Shown here: positions 9,342-16,626 of the stretch, one piece after another
How positions within the stretch are numbered: the first letter of the stretch is position 1
Layout of the letters: every line of letters begins with the position of its first letter
DNA from: an uncultured Bacteroidales bacterium
Lineage (GTDB): Bacteria; Bacteroidota; Bacteroidia; Bacteroidales; JAAAOM01
Length of the DNA stretch: 64,000 bases
Assembly (NCBI GenBank): GCA_964652315.1
Contig: CAZZBU010000001.1
Coordinates: 84,870-148,869 of the forward strand
Reading direction: 5' to 3'
The notes under the pieces: model-generated
The model's database searches: none
What the model was told of the DNA's origin: nothing
Seen by the model: only the letters and a program-made list of their open reading frames with translations
Translations under genes and position numbers: made by a program

Positions 9342-11495
9342 ATGAAAGAGTATACTACCAAGCAAATTAACAATATTCTTTTGTGCGGGAATGCAAGCTC
9401 AGGAAAAACAACGCTGGCCGAGGCCATGTTGTTTCTTGGAGGGGTTATCGACCGCCGTGGGGATGTAACGAGTAAAAATACCGTTTCGGACTATAACGAA
9501 ATAGAACACGAAAACGGTAACTCAGTGTATTCAACCGTACTTTATACTGAATACAACAATAAAAAAATTAACATACTTGATACCCCGGGAGCAGATGATT
9601 TTGTTGGTGGACTGGTTTCTTCCCTCTCTGTTGCTGACCTGGCCGTGATGTGTATCAATGCTGCCAACGGCGTGGAGGTAGGTACTGAAATTCACAGCCG
9701 CTACACAGAAAAATTCGAAAAGCCCCAGATATTTGTTATCAACCATGTAGACTCAGAGAAGGCCAACTTTGAAAAATCCATGGAGATGCTGAAGGAACGT
9801 TTTGGCGGAAATGTGGTTGCTGCCCAGTTTCCTGTGGCTGTTGGGCAGGATTTTGATGCTGTCGTCGACCTGATAACCATGAAAATGTATAAGTATAGCG
9901 GTGATAGCGGAAAACCAGAGATAACTGATATTCCGGCTGATCAAATGGACCAGGCTGAAGAACTCAGGAACGAACTCATCGAAAAAGCTGCCGAGAGTGA
10001 TGAAAGCCTTATGGAACTGTTCTTTGAGAACGAAACCCTGACCGAGGATGAAATGCGTAAAGGCCTGAAAGCCGGTTTGCTCACCCGTGGTATTTTCCCG
10101 GTATTCTGTACTTCGGCTAAAAAGAATTTTGGCGTGGCCCGTCTCATGGAGTTTATCACCAATGTGGCACCAGCTCCTGACGAAGTACCTGCCCCAAAAG
10201 ATGTAAATGGGAACGAAGTAGCTATTGACGCTTCAGGGAGTGTGGCCCTGTTTATGTTTAAGACATCCATCGAATCCCATATCGGTGAAGTAAATTATTT
10301 CAAGGTATATTCAGGTACGGTAAAGGAAGGTATGGACCTTGTAAATGCACAGACAGCGAACAAGGAACGTTTGTCACAACTGTATGTTTCAGCCGGTAAA
10401 AAACGCGATAAAGTCTCTTCTTTTGTGGCAGGAGATATCGGAGCAGCCGTAAAACTTAAGGCTACCAAAACAAATCAGACCCTATATGCTGGTAAAGAAG
10501 TGAAATTCCCGGCCATTAATTTCCCTGAGCCAAAATTCAGAACAGCCGTTAAGCCAGTGAATGAAGGTGATGAAGAAAAACTGGGGGAAGCTCTGAACCG
10601 CATGCATGAAGAGGATCCAACCGTAATTGTTGAATATTCAAAAGAACTGCGCCAGATTATTCTTTCGGGGCAGGGAGAATACCACATCAATATCGTAAAA
10701 TGGCACCTTGATAATATTTTTAAAGTTGACATCGAATTACTTCCGCCAAGGATTCCCTACCGCGAAACCATTACAAAATTTGCACAAGCCGATTATCGGC
10801 ATAAAAAGCAGTCAGGAGGTTCTGGTCAGTTTGGAGAAGTTCATATGATTATTGAACCTTATAACGAAGGCGATAAGCCCAAGAATATGTTCAAAATCGA
10901 TGGAAAAGAAATGAAACTTTCTGTCCGTGGCGAAGAAGAACATCCTCTGTCCTGGGGCGGAAAGCTTATGTATTACAACTGTATTGTAGGTGGTTCAATT
11001 GATGCCCGTTTTATGCCTGCCATCCTCAAGGGGATTATGGAAAAAATGGAACAAGGGCCACTTACCGGTTCTTATGCACGCGATATTTCCGTGTATGTAT
11101 ATGATGGTAAAATGCACCCTGTTGACTCCAACGAAATTTCGTTTAAGCTTGCCGGTAGGAATGCCTTTAGCATGGCATTTAAAAAGGCAGGTCCAAAAAT
11201 CCTTGAGCCGGTATATGAAGTTGAGGTTTGGGTACCATCCGACCGCATGGGTGACGTAATGAGCGATCTGCAGGGACGTCGGGGTATGGTGATGGGTATG
11301 ACCAGCGAAAAAGGGTTTGAAAAAATCAAGGCAAAAGTACCCCTGGCAGAGATGAATAAATATTCTACTTCATTGAGTTCTATGACTGGCGGCCGTGCCA
11401 TGTATACCATGAAATTTGATGAGTATGCTGCCGTACCGGGCGATGTTCAGGAAGAATTGCTGAAAGCCCACGAAGCAGAACAGGATGAGGAATAG
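9342..11495 (+). CDS. Elongation factor G paralogue (EF-G2-like) with degenerate GTPase motifs
   Basis: 717 aa, collinear with EF-G domains I-V. P-loop is GNASSGKT. G3 is DTPGADDF (no His). G4 is NHVD. Confidence 0.85.
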   Translation: MKEYTTKQINNILLCGNASSGKTTLAEAMLFLGGVIDRRGDVTSKNTVSDYNEIEHENGNSVYSTVLYTEYNNKKINILDTPGADDFVGGLVSSLSVADLAVMCINAANGVEVGTEIHSRYTEKFEKPQIFVINHVDSEKANFEKSMEMLKERFGGNVVAAQFPVAVGQDFDAVVDLITMKMYKYSGDSGKPEITDIPADQMDQAEELRNELIEKAAESDESLMELFFENETLTEDEMRKGLKAGLLTRGIFPVFCTSAKKNFGVARLMEFITNVAPAPDEVPAPKDVNGNEVAIDASGSVALFMFKTSIESHIGEVNYFKVYSGTVKEGMDLVNAQTANKERLSQLYVSAGKKRDKVSSFVAGDIGAAVKLKATKTNQTLYAGKEVKFPAINFPEPKFRTAVKPVNEGDEEKLGEALNRMHEEDPTVIVEYSKELRQIILSGQGEYHINIVKWHLDNIFKVDIELLPPRIPYRETITKFAQADYRHKKQSGGSGQFGEVHMIIEPYNEGDKPKNMFKIDGKEMKLSVRGEEEHPLSWGGKLMYYNCIVGGSIDARFMPAILKGIMEKMEQGPLTGSYARDISVYVYDGKMHPVDSNEISFKLAGRNAFSMAFKKAGPKILEPVYEVEVWVPSDRMGDVMSDLQGRRGMVMGMTSEKGFEKIKAKVPLAEMNKYSTSLSSMTGGRAMYTMKFDEYAAVPGDVQEELLKAHEAEQDEE

Positions 11496-11525
11496 ATTTT
11501 TCTTACAAAATATAACATTAAAAAA

Positions 11526-11549
11526 CCCGGTAAACGACCGGGTTTTTTT
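11526..11549. terminator. Rho-independent terminator, probably bidirectional
   Basis: Stem CCCGGT, loop aaacg, stem ACCGGG. Preceded by AAAAA and followed by TTTTTTT. Sits between convergent genes. Confidence 0.75.
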
Positions 11550-11781
11550 ATGTCCATAATATATTGTCGGATTCTGGAGATGAATTTTTTCATATCTTCA
11601 TATGAACCGGGGATGACATAAATTTCAAATTCAATGAAGATGCCATAGTAGATTCGATTCACAGCTGTGGATAATTGGTTTTGTTCCAGGAGAATTTCGA
11701 TAACCTTTCTATATACCTAAGGTTAAACATATATAAGAAAACTGGTTAGGGAATATTATGGGAATCTACCTGTTAAATGCA

Positions 11782-13155
11782 TCACCGGTACAAATGAAAA
11801 AATCCGTCAAATTCCTTGTTTGGCCGCCGGTAGTTTTCTCCGTCCCATCCTGTAGCACGAATTACAAAATAGTAAACTCCGGGTGAAGCGTCCTGATTTG
11901 TGTTATTTACCTTGCCATCCCAACCAATCCAGTCACGGATATCGTTGCCCCGGAATTTATGCACCACCCTTCCCCATCTATTAAATATAGTAATTTCGAA
12001 TTCGTGGATGGATACATCATAAACCCTGAAATGGTCATTCAGCCCGTCACCATTAGGGGTGAAAAATGGCGGCGTGTGCAACTCCGATTCCGGTATTTCA
12101 ATGGTCACGCTATCCAGCGATGAGCATCCTTCTTCGCTATACGTTGTAAGGCTAATGGTATAGGGGCTTTGCTCAGGGTCATAATAAGTATACGCAATGC
12201 TGTCGGCATTATAATACGTTGTGTCCGCGGTACCATCACCAAAATTCCAAACGTACCGGTGCGCATTTTCTGACTCGGCAGGAGAGAATAAAATGGTAAA
12301 AGGGGCCGACATAGTTTCCTCATGCTGATTGTTGTAATACATGGTACCATCTTCAAAGGTTATCCACTGAGGAAGTGAATCCAGGACAGCCTTTGTGTGG
12401 ATGGTTTCGTAGTATACGGTATCGCGTTTGGTGATTCCTCCAAACTGGTCTGTAACCTGCAAATAATAATGGGTATCATCTGTTGGCGGCTCATACGTTC
12501 TGGAGCGGATTTCAGGAGAGTCATGGATGGGTATACTTATGTTGGGATTTTTTCCTGCCGGATTTGAGGTCCAGGTATAAGCTACATAAGGTGCAAAATA
12601 TAAGGTATCGAAAGTATAGCGGTTGTAATAAGTAAAGGTGTCGGTATAAACATCTGCACGCAACTCGAGGTAATCGCAGGTATAACGCGATGGAAGCAGT
12701 TGTCCGTCTTCATCCTGGTAGGTAATGCCAAATTGTTTCGACCGGAAATCATTGATGCTAAGCCAGGAAAAGGCTGTGTCAGTTTCAGTTCCATTGGTAT
12801 ATATTACAGCATAACCACCTTCTTCTGAAGCAGGCAGGAAAGAAGTGGATACGGCATTTTCCGTTTTCAAGGCTGTGCCAAAATCAATTCCAGGCAGCGT
12901 CTGACTGTACGCGTACCATGTGAAGTTCCAATTTGGGGTGCCATCCGGGCTTTCAATGTTCAACTGATAATTGCCTGTTTGATGGTGTTGTACGACGATA
13001 ATGGAATCTTCCGGGTAGTTGATGCTGAATCCCTCATTATACCGGGTGGATAGTTTTGTAACTTCGTCAGGGGAATATATTTGCGCATTAGTATGGGCAT
13101 TTAGTAATAGTAACCCAATGATAATACCGGTTTTGATTAACTTCAATTGATTCAT
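11782..13155 (-). CDS. Secreted protein with PKD-like domain and T9SS type-B C-terminal sorting domain
   Basis: Signal peptide ending in NAQ. YVWNFGDGT PKD motif. C-terminal FTPNGDGLNDHF...FNRWG...WDGK...GVYYFVI sorting domain. Confidence 0.8.
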   Translation of the reverse strand: MNQLKLIKTGIIIGLLLLNAHTNAQIYSPDEVTKLSTRYNEGFSINYPEDSIIVVQHHQTGNYQLNIESPDGTPNWNFTWYAYSQTLPGIDFGTALKTENAVSTSFLPASEEGGYAVIYTNGTETDTAFSWLSINDFRSKQFGITYQDEDGQLLPSRYTCDYLELRADVYTDTFTYYNRYTFDTLYFAPYVAYTWTSNPAGKNPNISIPIHDSPEIRSRTYEPPTDDTHYYLQVTDQFGGITKRDTVYYETIHTKAVLDSLPQWITFEDGTMYYNNQHEETMSAPFTILFSPAESENAHRYVWNFGDGTADTTYYNADSIAYTYYDPEQSPYTISLTTYSEEGCSSLDSVTIEIPESELHTPPFFTPNGDGLNDHFRVYDVSIHEFEITIFNRWGRVVHKFRGNDIRDWIGWDGKVNNTNQDASPGVYYFVIRATGWDGENYRRPNKEFDGFFHLYR

Positions 13156-13372
13156 TAACAGCAGAAAATTTTTTATTTATTATATAACTGTTTATCCTAA
13201 TAAAATATTTTAAAATGGTGGAATTCCATTTTAGTTTTTTGGTAAAAAATCTCAATTTAAAAATAATGCTGACTAAATTAGTTAAAAGTGGTGCAATCAG
13301 AAAACTTTCAATTCGAAAAAACAGACTTTCCACGATTGCTTTTCCTTATCTTTATCCGTCAAAACTTAGTTT

Positions 13373-14152
13373 ATGGATTTATCAGAAACGCATTATTCGT
13401 CACAAATTCGCCATCCATGGGAGCTGGCCCGCGTGGATGTTATTAGAAATCTATTAAATACAGCTGTTTCAAAACCTCAGCAGGAACTAAATATTGTTGA
13501 TGTGGGCTGTGGTGATGTTTTTTTTCTTTCTAAAATGCAGGATGACTATCCACAGGCAACTTTATTCGGAGTGGATGTTGCTTTTACAGGTGTGATAAAA
13601 TCAAGGTTGCATGCAGAATACCCGGACTTGAAAGTTGAATTAAAGGAAGATATTCAGGAGGTCCCACTGGATAAAACCAATCCGGCACACCTCGTGTTTT
13701 TGCTTGATGTGATTGAGCATATTGACGATGATGAAGACTTTTTAAAACAACTTCTTGCTCAACCCTATATCACAGAAGACACTCATATTGTCATTACAGT
13801 GCCTGCTTTTCAAAAGCTGTATACAAGTCATGATGATATTCTTGGTCATTACCGGCGGTACAACATTAAATCCCTACTAGAGGTCATAGATAGGGCAGGA
13901 CTTAAATGCAAACTCCAGGGTTACTTTTTTGCCTCCCTGGCCCTGGCCCGTGCAATGGAGGTGGTATCCGAAAAGATGCTGCGGACTAAAAAGCAGCATA
14001 CCGATGTCGGAACATGGGATAAAGGCAGGGGGTTGACAAGAATGGTGTATTCTATTTTAATGTTTGATTTTTATGTCAGCCGGTTTTTTCGTATACTTGG
14101 AATACGATTACCCGGATTATCAAATTATGCTATATGTCAAAAACGTGTATAA
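13373..14152 (+). CDS. Class I SAM-dependent methyltransferase
   Basis: IVDVGCGDVFFL motif I. FLLDVIEHIDDD motif. Confidence 0.6.
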   Translation: MDLSETHYSSQIRHPWELARVDVIRNLLNTAVSKPQQELNIVDVGCGDVFFLSKMQDDYPQATLFGVDVAFTGVIKSRLHAEYPDLKVELKEDIQEVPLDKTNPAHLVFLLDVIEHIDDDEDFLKQLLAQPYITEDTHIVITVPAFQKLYTSHDDILGHYRRYNIKSLLEVIDRAGLKCKLQGYFFASLALARAMEVVSEKMLRTKKQHTDVGTWDKGRGLTRMVYSILMFDFYVSRFFRILGIRLPGLSNYAICQKRV

Positions 14153-14868
14153 TTGTTCCATGCTATAATGAAGCAACCCGCCTGGAAACAGGGGCTTTTA
14201 ACAATTACCTGCAAGAGACAAAGGATGTCTCTTTATGTTTTGTTGATGATGGAAGTACGGATAGTACTGTTGAGTTAATTACAAAATTGCAGCAAACATT
14301 CCCGGAAAAGGTGTATTTGAAAAGGCTTGAAACCAATCAGGGCAAAGCAAGTGCGGTACGTGAGGGCATGCTCGAAATGGATAAAAACCATGATTTTGAT
14401 TACCTTGGATACCTGGATGCCGATTTGGCTACTGATCTGGAATCCATGGATAAAATTATTCGGTTTGCAGAGGCTCATCCGGCATACGATTATCTGATGG
14501 GTGCACGCATCAGCAGGCTTGGTGCATCCATTTACCGGAATCGTATAAGGCACTACTTTGGAAGGATATTTGCCACCATGGCCAGCAGCATGCTTGATTT
14601 ATCGGTTTATGATACACAATGTGGTGCCAAACTAATGAAAAATGAAATTGTACAGGAGCTTTTCCGCAAGCCATTCATATCACGATGGTTGTTCGATGTA
14701 GAGCTTTTGTTTCGCTATAAAAAATACACCGCCTACTTTGATAAACCTTTTGCTGTATATGAATACCCGCTAAACAGATGGATGGAGATGGGGCATACCC
14801 GCATCAAACCCAAGGATTTTGTGTTTGTACCTTTTGAACTGCTGCGTATAGCTAGGAAATATAAGTAG
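14134..14868 (+). CDS. Family-2 glycosyltransferase (soluble, dolichyl-phosphate glucosyltransferase-like)
   Basis: CIIVPCYNEA, FVDDGSTDST and YLDADLAT motifs. Overlaps the upstream methyltransferase by 19 nt. Confidence 0.75.
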   Translation: MSKTCIIVPCYNEATRLETGAFNNYLQETKDVSLCFVDDGSTDSTVELITKLQQTFPEKVYLKRLETNQGKASAVREGMLEMDKNHDFDYLGYLDADLATDLESMDKIIRFAEAHPAYDYLMGARISRLGASIYRNRIRHYFGRIFATMASSMLDLSVYDTQCGAKLMKNEIVQELFRKPFISRWLFDVELLFRYKKYTAYFDKPFAVYEYPLNRWMEMGHTRIKPKDFVFVPFELLRIARKYK

Positions 14869-14993
14869 TTATGTTGGACGCAGAGCTGCGCTAAGATTTA
14901 ATGAAGAAAATGTAAGCCGAATACGCAAAGATTCGCTAAGATTATTAAAGAAACACAAAAAATAATAATATATACCCAAATAAAATACGTAAA

Positions 14994-15164
14994 ATGACTG
15001 AGAACGAGATTTCAAATAAAATAATTGGTTATGCAATTGATGTCCATAAGTTAGTTGGCACGGGACTGCTAGAATCCGGTTATCAAAAGTGTCTGGAATA
15101 TGAATTGATCAATCATGGTTTTAGGGTTAAATCAGTGTTGCCACAATTTGTAAATAATTTATGA
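14994..15164 (+). pseudogene. Truncated GxxExxY-family (PD-(D/E)XK-like) gene remnant, 56 codons
   Basis: Translation is MTENEISNKIIGYAIDVHKLVGTGLLESGYQKCLEYELINHGFRV..., which contains the GLLESGY motif. It stops after about 45% of the usual family length of roughly 125 aa. Confidence 0.7.
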
Positions 15165-15166
15165 TA

Positions 15167-15174
15167 TAACTTTG
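15167..15174 (+). promoter_or_regulatory. Candidate -7 promoter box (TAACTTTG) inside the right arm of the cassette
   Basis: Exact TAnnTTTG match 53 bp upstream of the ATG at 15227. Confidence 0.3.
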
Positions 15175-15226
15175 CGTAACTCAGCGAATACTTCGCGCAA
15201 CTCTGCGTAATACAAAAAACATTCAT

Positions 15227-15670
15227 ATGAAGAAAAACATCTCCTCCCGGCGAAAATTTATGCGTATCATGACCGCTGCCTTGCCAGCATCATTTCTTGC
15301 TAATTTTTCCGTAAACGCTTCATCAGCAAAATCACCCATGAAAAAAGTGGACGGTACCTTTCGTCATCATGTGTATTTCTGGCTGAAAAATCCGGATAGC
15401 AAAGAGGACCGAAAGCTGTTTATGAAAAACCTCACCAACTTCTTAAAAGAGGTAGAAGTAATCCTTTCTGTGCATGTGGGCGAACCAGCCGGCACACCTC
15501 GTGATGTGGTTGACAACAGCTATCAGTACGATCTGCTTGTAAACTTTAAAAACAAAGAAGACCAGGACATTTACCAGGAACATCCGGCACATATAAAATT
15601 TGTTGATGATACTGCGCACCTCTGGGCAAAAGTACAGGTGTACGATTCCATTTCGGTCTGGCCGGAGTAA
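15227..15670 (+). CDS. Dabb-family (stress-responsive alpha/beta barrel) protein with twin-arginine signal
   Basis: SRRKFMRIMTAAL Tat-type signal. FRHHVYFWLKNP...YQEHPAHIKFV Dabb signature. Confidence 0.7.
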   Translation: MKKNISSRRKFMRIMTAALPASFLANFSVNASSAKSPMKKVDGTFRHHVYFWLKNPDSKEDRKLFMKNLTNFLKEVEVILSVHVGEPAGTPRDVVDNSYQYDLLVNFKNKEDQDIYQEHPAHIKFVDDTAHLWAKVQVYDSISVWPE

Positions 15671-15748
15671 CCTTTGTTTCAGTCATTTTAATTTGTGTTT
15701 TGACATTTATTTGTCATTTGTTTTTTGTTACTTGGTGTTTTCTCACCA

Positions 15749-16405
15749 ATGGTAGATTTTATGGATATTGTACCCCGAACAGCAAACTATATAAAAAAGG
15801 AACTGCAGGGCGAAGGCACCGGTCACGACTGGTGGCATGTGGAGCGGGTTTGGAAATCCGCCAAAACGATTGCCAGGAGCGAAAATGCCAATCTGCTTGT
15901 GGTTGAACTTGGTGCGCTGCTTCATGATATAGCCGACCATAAATTTCATAACGGTGATGATACCATTGGCCCAAAAATGGCCCGCCAGTGGTTGGAACAA
16001 AACGGTCAGCCCCGGGACATCATTGAAGCTGTGGAACATATCGTGGAGCATGTGTCCTTCAAAGGCGCCGGTGTAGAAAACCCCATGCAGTCCCTTGAAG
16101 GAAAAATTGTGCAGGATGCCGATCGCCTCGATGCCATGGGCGCCATAGGCATTGCACGGACCTTTGCTTATGGAGGCAGTAAAAACAGGGAGATATACAA
16201 TCCCAATATTAAACCGGAACTTCATCAAACTTTTGATGCCTACAAAAAAAGCACCGCTCCAACCATCAATCATTTTTACGAAAAGCTTTTATTGCTGAAA
16301 GATGGCATGTATACCCAAACCGGAAAAAAGATGGCCGAAGAACGCCACCGCTTTATGGAGGAATACCTGCAACGTTTTTATGGGGAGTGGGAAGGAGAAT
16401 GGTAA
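15749..16405 (+). CDS. HD-domain phosphohydrolase (YedJ-like)
   Basis: GHDWWHVERV and LLHDIADHK HD motifs. QDADRLDAMGAIGIAR motif. The start is ambiguous (ATG at 15749 or 15761; the track's ORF opens at TTG 15725). Confidence 0.75.
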   Translation: MVDFMDIVPRTANYIKKELQGEGTGHDWWHVERVWKSAKTIARSENANLLVVELGALLHDIADHKFHNGDDTIGPKMARQWLEQNGQPRDIIEAVEHIVEHVSFKGAGVENPMQSLEGKIVQDADRLDAMGAIGIARTFAYGGSKNREIYNPNIKPELHQTFDAYKKSTAPTINHFYEKLLLLKDGMYTQTGKKMAEERHRFMEEYLQRFYGEWEGEW

Positions 16406-16476
16406 TTGGAAACTCAAAGCAGGAAACAAAACTTAAGTCAAAATCCATGGGATTTTAGCAGTTGACATTAAGGTAT

Positions 16477-16612
16477 TTTTCGCAGGTGGCTGCAGATATT
16501 TTCGCAGAATTAGGCAGAAGCGTTTGATTATGATATGATGTTTATGTGAGATTAACGCCGTTAGCGATCCTCAGCGTATTCTTTTGCGAGAACAACCGAT
16601 CCTCTGAGAGAA
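16477..16612. repeat. Cargo-less copy of the CGCAG/CTGCG-unit inverted-repeat element
   Basis: Left arm has four 11-bp units (TTTTCGCAGGT GGCTGCAGATA TTTTCGCAGAA TTAGGCAGAAG). Right arm units (GTTAGCGATC CTCAGCGTATT CTTTTGCGAGAA ... CTCTGAGAGAA) match unit for unit with the right arm at 15171-15210. Confidence 0.45.
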
Positions 16613-16626
16613 ACACGTAATAATTT

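Larger units (their letters stand above)
14878..15208. other. Inverted-repeat-bracketed mini-cassette carrying a truncated GxxExxY gene
   Basis: Left end is ACGCAGAGCTGCGCTAAGATT (14878-14898). The reverse complement of the right end (15187-15208) is ACGCAGAGTTGCGCGAAGTATT. Both arms are built from 10-11 bp CGCnnAG-type units. Confidence 0.55.

Noticed and set aside
11666-11674. A perfect DnaA box (TGTGGATAA) in the spacer after the EF-G paralogue, plus a one-mismatch box (TTATCAACA, 26197-26205) upstream of parA. Together these were considered as a possible oriC.
   Set aside because: These are single isolated boxes. Roughly one perfect 9-mer is expected by chance in 64 kb on both strands. 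There is no box cluster, no AT-rich unwinding element and no dnaA/dnaN neighbourhood.
13215-13230. The palindrome TGGAATTCCA (13219-13228) in the divergent promoter region between the T9SS-cargo gene and the methyltransferase gene, considered as a possible operator.
   Set aside because: It is a single 10-bp palindrome with no repeat or partner site. This is compatible with chance in AT-rich spacer DNA, and it cannot be supported without conservation data.
15743-16273. A 176-aa ORF antisense to the HD-domain gene, plus the overlapping small ORFs 15700-15906 and 15759-15974.
   Set aside because: The plus-strand frame carries clear HD-domain motifs. The antisense and alternative frames have no recognisable features.
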